Shown here: in pieces, positions 1 to 8,520 of the stretch | Position numbering within the stretch: the stretch's first letter is position 1 | Layout of the letters: each line of letters begins with the position of its first letter | Virus record (IMG/VR): IMGVR_UViG_3300010236_000005 | Location: 1-37,254 of that record | Source of the DNA: a virus | Strand: one strand, 5' to 3' | Length of the DNA: 37,254 nucleotides | The notes under the pieces: model-generated | Databases searched by the model: none | The model's input: only the letters and a program-made list of their open reading frames with translations | What the model was told of the DNA's origin: nothing | Position numbers and translations under genes: made by a program

Positions 1-9
1 TGGTATAAT
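1..9 (+). promoter_or_regulatory. Extended -10 promoter TGGTATAAT upstream of the LysM gene
   Basis: TGnTATAAT match in an intergenic position, followed 12 nt later by a TCGAGG box. Confidence 0.5.
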
Positions 10-99
10 TATATAAGAGTATCGAGGGCATTTATTTGTTACTAAGAAAGAATGAAAATAACCGTTAGGCCTAGAGACTCTCTAAGTGCTATTCTCAAG
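1..99. repeat. Exact 99-bp terminal duplication, copy 1 (identical to 37156..37254): circular-closure overlap or short direct terminal repeat
   Basis: Base-by-base comparison: tggtataattatataagagtatcgagggc...ctattctcaag occurs at both window ends. It contains a promoter-like TGGTATAAT and the first 48 nt of the LysM gene. Confidence 0.95.
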
Positions 100-777
100 A
101 GATACAATGTGCCTGGGTGGAATACTCCAGCAGTATGGAATAAACTTGCCCCCCAATTAAGGTCAAAGAATCCTAATAGAATATATGCAGGGGAAGTTAT
201 AGACCTTTCCCCAGTATTACCACAATCTCAAAAGTCCACACCAGCACCAGCGACTCCAGCACCCACAGCTCCAGCTCCAGCGGCTCCAGCACCAGCAGCT
301 CCAGCTTCAGCAGGGGCTACAGCAGGGCAATCAGCAGCTCCTAAGAGGGTTGCTAATTTTGCTACTGAAGTAATGCCTTTTGAACAATTCTGGGACCCAA
401 ACCTAGCAAGGAGTGCCATAGCACAAAGAACAGCCTCTTATTTTGACCCACAAGCCCAAAGGGCTAGGGAAGGAATAGAGAGTGATTTTGCAAGTAGGGG
501 ATTAACCAGAAGTTCTCAGAGAGGAAAGGGAGTTATGGACATGATAAGAGACATGGCAGAGAAAGAGCAGACTATGAGAGAGCAATTATACGGAGGAATA
601 CAAGGACAGGCCAAAGAAGACTGGGGATTCCAGCAGAAGCTTTATGAAGACAGACCAGACGAATACCAGAAAACAACCTTTGATAAAAGTAATTATGAAT
701 ACCAGTTTCCAGAAGAAAGTCCTCAGAAATACGCACAATCTTACAGACAATGGTTGAGGAGTACATATAACATTTAA
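52..777 (+). CDS. LysM-domain protein with a Pro/Ala-rich linker (peptidoglycan-binding, probably virion- or lysis-associated)
   Basis: N-terminus ITVRPRDSLSAILKRYNV...NRIYAGEVIDL fits the LysM pattern. It is followed by a TPAPATPAPTAPAPAAPAPAAPA linker. Confidence 0.7.
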   Translation: MKITVRPRDSLSAILKRYNVPGWNTPAVWNKLAPQLRSKNPNRIYAGEVIDLSPVLPQSQKSTPAPATPAPTAPAPAAPAPAAPASAGATAGQSAAPKRVANFATEVMPFEQFWDPNLARSAIAQRTASYFDPQAQRAREGIESDFASRGLTRSSQRGKGVMDMIRDMAEKEQTMREQLYGGIQGQAKEDWGFQQKLYEDRPDEYQKTTFDKSNYEYQFPEESPQKYAQSYRQWLRSTYNI

Positions 778-788
778 ACAAACTAACA

Positions 789-1535
789 ATGACAAGTGCC
801 GAGCGTCTTAGACAATATGAGGAGATATTTAATAGGAGTCAACAGTACGACCCTTCAAGATTCCAGAGTGATTTTGAAAAGGCGTATGGAGAGGCTACTA
901 ATTACAACAAGGACTTAATAGAGCAAAGGAGTGGGGCAATAGGACAGGCTCAGGCTTTACCTGCTCAATTAAGGCAACAGTATTCTCAGAGTGCAATAAG
1001 AAACCCTCTGGCACAGGAAGCTTTAATAGCAACTCAAAGGGGCAATGTTACCTCAGACATTTCAAGGCTTACCGACCTACTTGGAGCAAGGGGTGCAAGG
1101 TATGAAGATGTTTTAGGTAAACACTTGTCAGCATATCAAACAGACGCACAAAGGGCCCAAAGGGACGCAGAAAATGCATGGAGACTATACCAAGATGTAT
1201 TAGCACAAGAAGAGGCTGAGAGGGCAAGAGCACAGGCAGCAGCAGATGCGGCCGCATTGAGGGACCTTATAGCTACTCAGTATGCACCTCCCCCAGGGCC
1301 TGTAGAGGAAGAGGATGACCTTGTAATAGACACGGGAGGAAACAACTGGACAAATCAGTATGACGGTCTAGGGCAAAAGACCAATGTATTAAATGCTGTT
1401 CCTATGGCGGTTGGGAATTATATTGGAAACAAGGGGAGGCAAAACCCTCAGACTGGGAGAGAAATGACATTTTGGGAGAGATTGCAAGATAGGTTTATGC
1501 CGATATTCGGTGGGGGGCGAGGAAGTTCGTGGTAG
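789..1535 (+). CDS. Hypothetical Gln/Ala/Arg-rich coiled-coil protein (structural or internal virion protein by position)
   Basis: 248-aa ORF tightly spaced after the LysM gene. No motif recognised. Confidence 0.35.
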   Translation: MTSAERLRQYEEIFNRSQQYDPSRFQSDFEKAYGEATNYNKDLIEQRSGAIGQAQALPAQLRQQYSQSAIRNPLAQEALIATQRGNVTSDISRLTDLLGARGARYEDVLGKHLSAYQTDAQRAQRDAENAWRLYQDVLAQEEAERARAQAAADAAALRDLIATQYAPPPGPVEEEDDLVIDTGGNNWTNQYDGLGQKTNVLNAVPMAVGNYIGNKGRQNPQTGREMTFWERLQDRFMPIFGGGRGSSW

Positions 1536-1556
1536 TTAAGATGATTATGAAATAAT

Positions 1557-3476
1557 ATGGCTATATTAAAAGGAGACGCAGCAAGGCAATGGTTGGCACA
1601 GAATCCCAATAAGGCCTATAAGGACCTGACTTCAGGAACAAGCGTCCCTAGGCAGCAAAGTGGAATAGAGAAGTTCCTTTATAAGATGAGTTTGCCTCTC
1701 AGGACTTTTGTCCCTTCTGCCCAAGAGCTCACTTATACCTTCAAGGACTTGCTGAGTGCAGGGAGGGGAGATTGGGAAACAACAGAGAGGCCAGACAGAT
1801 ACTTTGGTATGAACGAAGAGGAGTCCGAAGCTTTCAAGAGAGACCCATTGAGACAAGGATTAAAAGCAGGGTCAGCCCTTATATCTTATGGTATGCCAAC
1901 GGGGCCAGCAGCTTCAGCAGTTACCCCTGGTGCAAGGATCGCTAGTGCTGCAGGAAGAAGTGCAATCCCAGGAGCAATGTCAGGATTTGGTTATAGTGGA
2001 GAGGGTGAGGAATTAAGTGGCACTTTAACAGGTGGGGCTTTAGGAGGCCTTATAGGAGGTGCTACTCAAGGAATAGGAGAGGCTAGTAGGGCAATAAAGG
2101 GAAGAAAGGCGGGGCCAAAGGTTACTGATAGGAATATAAGAGACTTAGGTGCGAGGGGGACGACTATCGACGATGTTGGGGGCTGGGACAAATATAAAAA
2201 CAAAGGAAAGACCTTTTACGATGAAGCTAATAGGTTAGACCTTCCTGTAGGGGACAGATTCCAGAGGTCGGACACACTCAACGCCATATTAGGAGAAAAC
2301 GCAGACGAGGTTACTAATATTTTACAGAATTCTCCAGACCAAAGCATTTCTTTCAAGAAGGTGGTTGACAAGCTGAATAATAATCAGAAGTTAAAACTGG
2401 CAGGGTTAGACGAGAAGAAGTTTGTAGACACACTTAAAGAGGTTCTTCTTTCTCAGGGAGACGAGGTTTCCGCACCTGCTGCGAAACAGGTTTTAGAGCA
2501 ATTAGACGATATAGCGGGAGGATTTAACAGGATTTCGGGAGATGTTACAGCACAAAGAGGCCAGATAATTAAAGAGTTTAGAAACGCATTAAGAACAGAG
2601 CTCGGGAGACAGATTCCTGCTGTTAATGTTCCTTTGAAGGTTCAGTCGGATTTGCTAGACATAGCGGGAGACATATATAGGCAGACCTCTAAGGACGTTC
2701 CTGTGGGAGTTCCTGTCTTGGGATTAAAACTTAAAGGTCCCACCGTCACAAAGGCTGTTGACAGAATTGGGAGTGGGGTACAAAATGTTGCCACCTCTGG
2801 AGTTCAACTACCTCAAGGGTTGGGTAACCTAGTTCAGGGTGGTGCAGGAATAACTCAGAGAGCAGTCCCAGGAATAGTAGGTGCGGCTCAATCATTACCA
2901 GGAAGACAAGAGCAACCACAACTTGAAGGACTAGGTGGTATGTTACCTCCACAGGAGACGGGGCCACAGATTGACCAAATGGCACTAATACAAGCAGTTC
3001 TAAACGGAGATATAAGCACTTCAGAAGCAGACTGGTTAATGGAAATGCTGGGTGGTGGTGCAGGACAACAGGCTATGCCAAAGACAGACTCAGGAAGAAA
3101 AGCTATGGTAGCGAGAGATGCAGCATTACAGGCCCTTAATATACTGGAACAAGACCCAAGTGCAGCAGGGAAATTGCAAGGACTAGAAAATATCTTTTAC
3201 GATGTTACGGGACAGGCCAACACGGCAACAGAATACAAGGCCCAAATAGAAGGATTGAGATCGCAGGTGTTTAATGCCTTAGGTGGAACAGCACTATCTC
3301 CAACAGAAAAAGCTCAATACGAGAAGTTCTTACCAAAGCAAAATGACAGCCCAGCACAGGCGAGACAGAAACTACAGATTTTGATTCCTATGATGGAGGC
3401 ATTAATGGGGGCAGAGGTTCCCTCTCCAGATTCCAACGCAGCTATAACTAACATAATGCCATGGATAGCACAGTAA
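1557..3476 (+). CDS. Large Gly-rich structural protein (tape-measure-like or internal/ejection protein)
   Basis: 639-aa ORF. Gly-rich segments (GALGGLIGGATQGIGEA) and long helical regions. Call rests on position at the end of the structural module. Confidence 0.35.
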   Translation: MAILKGDAARQWLAQNPNKAYKDLTSGTSVPRQQSGIEKFLYKMSLPLRTFVPSAQELTYTFKDLLSAGRGDWETTERPDRYFGMNEEESEAFKRDPLRQGLKAGSALISYGMPTGPAASAVTPGARIASAAGRSAIPGAMSGFGYSGEGEELSGTLTGGALGGLIGGATQGIGEASRAIKGRKAGPKVTDRNIRDLGARGTTIDDVGGWDKYKNKGKTFYDEANRLDLPVGDRFQRSDTLNAILGENADEVTNILQNSPDQSISFKKVVDKLNNNQKLKLAGLDEKKFVDTLKEVLLSQGDEVSAPAAKQVLEQLDDIAGGFNRISGDVTAQRGQIIKEFRNALRTELGRQIPAVNVPLKVQSDLLDIAGDIYRQTSKDVPVGVPVLGLKLKGPTVTKAVDRIGSGVQNVATSGVQLPQGLGNLVQGGAGITQRAVPGIVGAAQSLPGRQEQPQLEGLGGMLPPQETGPQIDQMALIQAVLNGDISTSEADWLMEMLGGGAGQQAMPKTDSGRKAMVARDAALQALNILEQDPSAAGKLQGLENIFYDVTGQANTATEYKAQIEGLRSQVFNALGGTALSPTEKAQYEKFLPKQNDSPAQARQKLQILIPMMEALMGAEVPSPDSNAAITNIMPWIAQ

Positions 3477-3494
3477 ATTGTTAATTAATTTGAC

Positions 3495-3767
3495 ATGCCA
3501 AGAAGTCCAGAAACTAAAATTACAGTCCTAGAACTCCAAATGCAAGACGTCAAGAAAGAAGTAGAAGGGTTAAGAAAAGACACGAACGAAGGGTTTGAGA
3601 AACTATCAAATAAACTAGATTGCTATGTTACGAAAGAAACCTACAATAAAGAAATGAAGAGTGTAAACGACCGCCTTGCTAAATCTTCTGGCAACTGGGA
3701 CTGGATTGTTAAAACAGTCATGGCTTTGATTATAGGAGCCCTAGTAACTCAATTGTTAATGGGCTAA
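3495..3767 (+). CDS. XhlA-like protein: N-terminal coiled coil plus one C-terminal transmembrane helix (lysis-associated)
   Basis: 90 aa. Coiled-coil N-terminal two thirds, C-terminal WDWIVKTVMALIIGALVTQLLMG. This architecture matches the haemolysin XhlA family found in Firmicutes phage lysis cassettes. Confidence 0.45.
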   Translation: MPRSPETKITVLELQMQDVKKEVEGLRKDTNEGFEKLSNKLDCYVTKETYNKEMKSVNDRLAKSSGNWDWIVKTVMALIIGALVTQLLMG

Positions 3768-3785
3768 ATTTTTGAACACCCGAGA

Positions 3786-3810
3786 GGGTAGGGGAGAGTA
3801 GGGGTGGGGG
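3786..3810 (+). other. G-quadruplex-type motif (GGG-TA-GGGG-AGAGTA-GGGG-T-GGGGG) in an intergenic spacer
   Basis: Four G-runs of 3-5 with loops of 2, 6 and 1 nt, read directly. The genome is otherwise AT-rich. Confidence 0.5.
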
Positions 3811-3876
3811 AGGAGTAAAAACCCTATTGAACAGGCATTTTTGAAAAAGGGTATATATACACTAGGAGAGTAGGGG
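3793..3876 (+). repeat. 12-bp direct repeat GGAGAGTAGGGG (3793..3804 and 3865..3876); the second copy abuts a promoter
   Basis: Exact repeat read in the sequence. The second copy ends 3 nt before TGTTATAAT. Confidence 0.7.
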
Positions 3877-3879
3877 AGA

Positions 3880-3888
3880 TGTTATAAT
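3880..3888 (+). promoter_or_regulatory. Extended -10 promoter TGTTATAAT for the glycosyltransferase cassette
   Basis: TGnTATAAT match 26 nt upstream of the ATG at 3915. Confidence 0.55.
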
Positions 3889-3914
3889 ATATAAGTAAAT
3901 TAAGTCGAGGACTA

Positions 3915-4568
3915 ATGAAACCTATAGTTTATACCTGCGTTTATGGAGATTATGACAACCTCAAACCTCAACCTGATATTGGTGCTGATTATATTTGTTT
4001 TACTGACAATCCTAACCTCAAGAGTGAGACCTGGGATATAAGATACGAGCCTATTTACCAACACCTACACCCAAGATTAAGAGCTAAGTTCCATAAGTTA
4101 ATATGTCCTTTTGACACCCTTTCACTTTTTATAGACGGAAGTATTGAGATAGTAAATCCTAATATCTTTGACGAGCTTTCCAACTTTTTACATAATGGCT
4201 GGGCTACATACGTTCACCCTTCAGGGAGGGATTGTATTAAGAGTGAGTTAGTAGAGTCTCTCCCTTTTGAAAAATATGATGGGCAACCTATGCAGGAGCA
4301 AATAGACTATTATTTTGACCAGGGTATGCCAGAACACTTTGGCCTCTGGGCCTGTGGAGTTATGTTGAGAGATGGAAAGTTTGAAGACTTTGGAAGTAAG
4401 TGGATGTTGGAGAATTTAGCCTGGTCGTATCAGGATCAGCTTTCACTCCCTTACCTCGTATGGAAAGAGAAGTTTCCTTTGGACAGTATCCGCTTAGACC
4501 AATATGCATGGCTTAATAGTCCAGGAGAAGAGCTATTTAAGATTTACACTCACAATAAAGATGACTAA
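3915..4568 (+). CDS. Glycosyltransferase-like protein (DUF616/TOD1-type)
   Basis: IVYTCVYGDYDNLKPQP...ADYICFTDNP...W.I...HPRLRAKFHKL...LFIDGSIEI resembles the DUF616 glycosyltransferase-like signature. Confidence 0.5.
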   Translation: MKPIVYTCVYGDYDNLKPQPDIGADYICFTDNPNLKSETWDIRYEPIYQHLHPRLRAKFHKLICPFDTLSLFIDGSIEIVNPNIFDELSNFLHNGWATYVHPSGRDCIKSELVESLPFEKYDGQPMQEQIDYYFDQGMPEHFGLWACGVMLRDGKFEDFGSKWMLENLAWSYQDQLSLPYLVWKEKFPLDSIRLDQYAWLNSPGEELFKIYTHNKDD

Positions 4569-5262
4569 GTTAGCGGTTTGCACTTGTGTTTACAACAAGG
4601 TTGATTACTTTAGGGAATATCTTTGGTCTTTAAGTAATCAAACCTTCAAGGATTTTACTCTTTATGTCTGGGATGATGGGAGCGAAGAGGATGTTAAAGG
4701 GGCAATAGACGAATACAAGGATAAAATAGACATAGTAGCTAAGTATGCAGAGCCTATACACAATATAGGGACTGTTAAGAGTTATGTGGTCAATATGGCC
4801 CTCAAGGATAACCCTAAGTATATACAAATGACTGATAGCGATGACCTACTAGAACCCAATATGCTAGAAAGAATGGTAAAAGAGGTAGAAGATACAGGGG
4901 CGGACTTTGTAATTTGTGATGGCAAAATCTTTGGAGAAGATGGAGAAAGAAGTATAAGGAACAACCTGAATAGTGACATGGAGGCTGGTCTGGCCATAGA
5001 AAAAGGAAACCCTTTTTTTAGTTGGGGACTCTTTAGGGCCGAAGTGTTAAGGGAACAAAACTTTAGGGTAGGTATGCAACACCTAGAAGACTGGGATTTA
5101 TACATTAGGCTTATAAAGGCTAGAAGGAAGCACTCGATAATTAGGGAAGAGTTATATAATTACAGGACTCATTCTGGGCAATTTCATAAAGTAACCAACA
5201 GGGACTTTGAGAAGCATAGAAGAAACTTATGGGAGATAAATAACATTGGGGACAGTAATTAA
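4561..5262 (+). CDS. Family 2 glycosyltransferase
   Basis: LAVCTCVYNKVDYFREYLWSLSNQTFKDFTLYVWDDGSEED plus a DSDD (DXD) motif. Start trimmed from the ORF-track 4504 to the ATG at 4561, which overlaps the upstream stop by 8 nt. Confidence 0.8.
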   Translation: MTKLAVCTCVYNKVDYFREYLWSLSNQTFKDFTLYVWDDGSEEDVKGAIDEYKDKIDIVAKYAEPIHNIGTVKSYVVNMALKDNPKYIQMTDSDDLLEPNMLERMVKEVEDTGADFVICDGKIFGEDGERSIRNNLNSDMEAGLAIEKGNPFFSWGLFRAEVLREQNFRVGMQHLEDWDLYIRLIKARRKHSIIREELYNYRTHSGQFHKVTNRDFEKHRRNLWEINNIGDSN

Positions 5263-6099
5263 GTGAGGGACGTAAAGTATGAAGTAATAGACCACCATTC
5301 AATGTGGAGTTGGGACCCACCAAACGCTCCTGAAGAACAGGCTGAAATTGTTTTCGTCTGGAATGACTTTACTATGGAGGGGAGTGTTAAAAGGTGGCAG
5401 AAAGAAGGAAAGAAGGTTATTGTTTTCGAGCATGGTTGGAACTCCTTTTTTGACTACGAGGTAAACAAGAAACCATATATGGCGGACGGATACCTTGCAC
5501 TAGGAGAAAACTCAAAGGCCAGTTTAATGAGGTGTGGAATCCCTGAAGACAAAATCCTTGTTGCAGGAAACAGAAACTTTGAGAACCTTAAATCACAGAA
5601 GAAAGAACATGAGCGGCCTAGGGTTTTGTATACTGCTCTCCACTGGTTTAGCGATAGAACTGTTTACAATAGCGATAAACTGAAAGAGATCGTTAGGGTT
5701 CTTGGTCTAAGTGCAGATATTACTGTTAAAACCATGTCAAACACCAGAATTAACATCCCTAATGGGGTCGGTGCTTGGTTTACAAATGTTCATAGTAATA
5801 GAAATCTTTTCAAAGAAATAGCACAGGGCCTGTCTGACTACGACATTGTCCTTACTCCAAAAGAAAGCACCTTCGACTTTATAGCGTTATTGATAGGGAA
5901 GGAAGTCTTTAGAGTTGGCCACGGAGAGGAATACAGAGGGGCAAAAGAGGATAAAACAAGGAACATACTGCCACTCTCAGAAATATCTCCAGATTTACTA
6001 ACAAGAGAAGGGGAGTTATTAGTGGACTTAAAGGATGAATTAAGTCCTAGTTTAGACCTAGAACAGGTCTTGGAATGGGTTTTAAAAGGGGTGGTATAA
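5263..6099 (+). CDS. GT-B/TagF-like glycosyl- or glycerophospho-transferase-like protein
   Basis: VAGNRNFENL and RVLYTALHWFSDR loosely resemble the TagF-family G-PR-D and ILYAPTWR motifs. GTG start, so the start position is uncertain. Confidence 0.35.
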   Translation: MRDVKYEVIDHHSMWSWDPPNAPEEQAEIVFVWNDFTMEGSVKRWQKEGKKVIVFEHGWNSFFDYEVNKKPYMADGYLALGENSKASLMRCGIPEDKILVAGNRNFENLKSQKKEHERPRVLYTALHWFSDRTVYNSDKLKEIVRVLGLSADITVKTMSNTRINIPNGVGAWFTNVHSNRNLFKEIAQGLSDYDIVLTPKESTFDFIALLIGKEVFRVGHGEEYRGAKEDKTRNILPLSEISPDLLTREGELLVDLKDELSPSLDLEQVLEWVLKGVV

Positions 6100-6100
6100 T
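6092..6100 (+). promoter_or_regulatory. Extended -10 promoter TGGTATAAT upstream of the endolysin gene
   Basis: TGnTATAAT overlaps the stop codon of the preceding gene. A TAGAGG box follows at 6104..6109. Confidence 0.5.
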
Positions 6101-6130
6101 ATATAGAGGTTAAATTAAAATCCTAAAACT

Positions 6131-7036
6131 GTGGCAATATTAAAGTCAGGTCAGGAAATAGGAGTCTGTGTACATCATTCTGTATATACTCCTGCGAAGA
6201 ATATATCCGAACTTAGAAATCAAGCGTCACTCTTCAATAGTTGGCATAAAAGCAAGAGTTGGGCTGAAGATACAAAAACCCCAAGTGCATACCCTTACAT
6301 TTCATACCATTACTTAATGGCTACTAATGGAGAGATGTTAAAAGTAACTGATGAAAAGTATGTCAAGTATCACGCAGAGGATAATTTCAGAAAAGGCCTA
6401 AGTTTTAATCTTCATGGAATAGCAGTTTGCTTAACAGGAAATTATGAAAACGACAAACCAACCGACGCACAAATGAAAGCTCTTGTTGAGTTTATCAGGG
6501 ACGTACAAAGAAGATATAAAATAGACGCTATGGTTAGGGGCCACAAAGAGACGAGTGCAAACCCAACGGCCTGTCCAGGAAAAAACATTGGGACCTCTAA
6601 AAGTGGTTGGCTAAAACAAGTGATTACAAATGTGAACGACAAAAACTACCCACCCGTTGTGAAACCTCCGGAGCCACCAGTTCCCCCGGGACAAACGGAA
6701 TGTGAGAAACAGGTAGAGAGCCTTAAAGACGAAATACTTACCTTAGAATCGATTACAGAAACGCTGGAGGCCGAAAAAGAGACACTCATTACTCAGAACG
6801 TAGAATTGTATGGGGACATTAGCAGTCTTGAGGCCGAGCTGCTAGAAAGTAGGGTTGAGTTGGGAGATTTACAAAACAAGTTTGAATTATTACAGATTAA
6901 CTTCAACAGGGTGGAAAGAGAGAAGAATGAAGCAATTGCAAAATTGAAGGAGTGTGAGACTGGTGAGGGTCAAGGGGCCAACCTTAAATTGTTTATAATA
7001 GAATTATTACAGAAGTTAGGACTGTTAAAAAAGTAA
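6131..7036 (+). CDS. N-acetylmuramoyl-L-alanine amidase endolysin (PGRP/Amidase_2 type) with Pro-rich linker and coiled-coil C-terminus
   Basis: Motifs HHSV, ISYHYL, KYHAEDNF, GIAVCLTGNY, GHKE...TACPGKN. Then PPVVKPPEPPVPPG and about 100 aa of heptad-like Leu/Glu repeats. GTG start. Confidence 0.85.
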   Translation: MAILKSGQEIGVCVHHSVYTPAKNISELRNQASLFNSWHKSKSWAEDTKTPSAYPYISYHYLMATNGEMLKVTDEKYVKYHAEDNFRKGLSFNLHGIAVCLTGNYENDKPTDAQMKALVEFIRDVQRRYKIDAMVRGHKETSANPTACPGKNIGTSKSGWLKQVITNVNDKNYPPVVKPPEPPVPPGQTECEKQVESLKDEILTLESITETLEAEKETLITQNVELYGDISSLEAELLESRVELGDLQNKFELLQINFNRVEREKNEAIAKLKECETGEGQGANLKLFIIELLQKLGLLKK

Positions 7037-7068
7037 AAGATGTTTTGAGGGAAAATGAGAATGAAGTG

Positions 7069-7140
7069 ATGTATTTAGCAATGGTGTTTAGTGTCGTTGC
7101 GTGTGCTATTTTAATTATAATATTTTTAATTCAATCATGA
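7069..7140 (+). CDS. Candidate 23-aa hydrophobic micro-ORF (MYLAMVFSVVACAILIIIFLIQS)
   Basis: Hand translation. Its TGA overlaps the ATG of the holin-like gene (ATGA). Too short for the ORF track. Confidence 0.3.
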   Translation: MYLAMVFSVVACAILIIIFLIQS

Positions 7141-7388
7141 GTAAAGAAAAACTCAACTACTTGATAGAGGCTTTCCTTTGGAGGTTCATTAATACACTAA
7201 AGGCAAGTTGGCTTCCTGCTACTCTCCTGGCATTACTAACCGAGTTAGAGAATGTTGGAGACCTATCTGCACTAGCAGATGTTAATGTTTGGCAGAAAGT
7301 TGCTTATGCTGGTGTGGTTGCAGTATTGACCTCTATTTTAGCAGGATTAGATAAAGTTCAAAGAGAAAATATAAGACTACAGGAATAA
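7137..7388 (+). CDS. Holin-like small membrane protein
   Basis: 83 aa from the ATG at 7137 (ORF track starts at a GTG at 7101). Hydrophobic segments WLPATLLALLTEL and VAYAGVVAVLTSILAGL. Lies immediately after the endolysin. Confidence 0.45.
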   Translation: MSKEKLNYLIEAFLWRFINTLKASWLPATLLALLTELENVGDLSALADVNVWQKVAYAGVVAVLTSILAGLDKVQRENIRLQE

Positions 7389-7408
7389 CTAACTTTACGC
7401 CCCAGATC

Positions 7409-8443
7409 ATGGCAAGGAGGAAAGCGAGTAAGAGGAAGCGAGGACGACCTAAGGGAAGTAAGAATAAACCCAAGGGACCAGTAACTAAAATAAAAATACC
7501 TAAGAAGATGGAAGGCATATATACCTCACCGAGCGAGAAGGACTTTAAAAGCAAAGAGGACATTAAGATAGAAAAGATGTATAAGGGCAACGTTTCTGTA
7601 GAATACCCAGACAGGTATATAACGGAGTTATCTTTTGACGAGCTTAATGAGGAAATGATAAGAAGAAGTCGTTTAAGAAAAAAGGTTGAGTTAAAGGAAT
7701 ATGAGACCACTATAGAGATAGAGACAGATAGGCCTATTGGAGTAGTTTGGTGGGCCGACCAGCATGTTGGGGGACAATTTGTTGATTATGAGAGACTTAA
7801 ATGGGAGGCTGACGAGATAAAGGCAAACCCCTATTTAAAGATTGGTCTTGGTGGGGACTTCAGTGACTCTTTTGTGTGGCTTCCAGCTGCTTTTGACGAC
7901 GTTGCAAACCTAACAGAACAGAACTTATATCTTTATAGGTTGATGGAGTATGTCGGGTGGGACAAGATACTTTTCTGTGTCATTGGTAATCACCCAAAGT
8001 GGTCTAGGAGGAGTGGGTTAGATGGCTACGACGAGATGAGGAGGAGAGTCCCCGTTTTTGAGGGTGTAGGAACTGTAGACTTACAGGTAAACGGAATTTC
8101 TTATCTTGGGGCAATTATACATAAAGCAAAGGGGACTTCCTATCTTGACCCTAATTTCGGTGGAAAAAGATTTCTACGAGAAAATGATGGCTATGACTTT
8201 GTAATGACAGCACACAACCACGAGGGGGGTTCTCAAACTATTAACAGAAAAGACACAAAAGGGGCGAGAGAGGTGGCCCTATTAGCAGGGAAGACCTTTA
8301 AAGAAACGGACGATTTTAGTGATACTCAAGGATTTAAGAAAAAAACGGGAGTTGGGCTTGGGAGTAATGGAATAATATTTGACCATAAGAAAAAGAGTAT
8401 GTTACCAGTAAGTTCCTTTAATAAATTGTTAGACTATATTTAG
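7409..8443 (+). CDS. Calcineurin-like metallophosphoesterase with an N-terminal AT-hook-like basic tail
   Basis: Motifs ADQHVGG (DxH), LGGDFSD (GD), IGNHPKW (GNH), TAHNHEGG. N-terminus is MARRKASKRKRGRPKGSKNKPKGP with an RGRP core. Confidence 0.75.
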   Translation: MARRKASKRKRGRPKGSKNKPKGPVTKIKIPKKMEGIYTSPSEKDFKSKEDIKIEKMYKGNVSVEYPDRYITELSFDELNEEMIRRSRLRKKVELKEYETTIEIETDRPIGVVWWADQHVGGQFVDYERLKWEADEIKANPYLKIGLGGDFSDSFVWLPAAFDDVANLTEQNLYLYRLMEYVGWDKILFCVIGNHPKWSRRSGLDGYDEMRRRVPVFEGVGTVDLQVNGISYLGAIIHKAKGTSYLDPNFGGKRFLRENDGYDFVMTAHNHEGGSQTINRKDTKGAREVALLAGKTFKETDDFSDTQGFKKKTGVGLGSNGIIFDHKKKSMLPVSSFNKLLDYI

Positions 8444-8465
8444 GATTAGGTGTGGAATCGAGATG

Positions 8466-8497
8466 GTCAAGTTAAGAATTGCACATTGTCAAGTTAA
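8466..8497. repeat. 10-bp direct repeat GTCAAGTTAA x2 (8466..8475 and 8488..8497), 22-bp period
   Basis: Exact repeat read in the sequence. Operator-like spacing of two helical turns. Confidence 0.6.
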
Positions 8498-8520
8498 TCG
8501 ACACTTCAGAATTAGTACAT

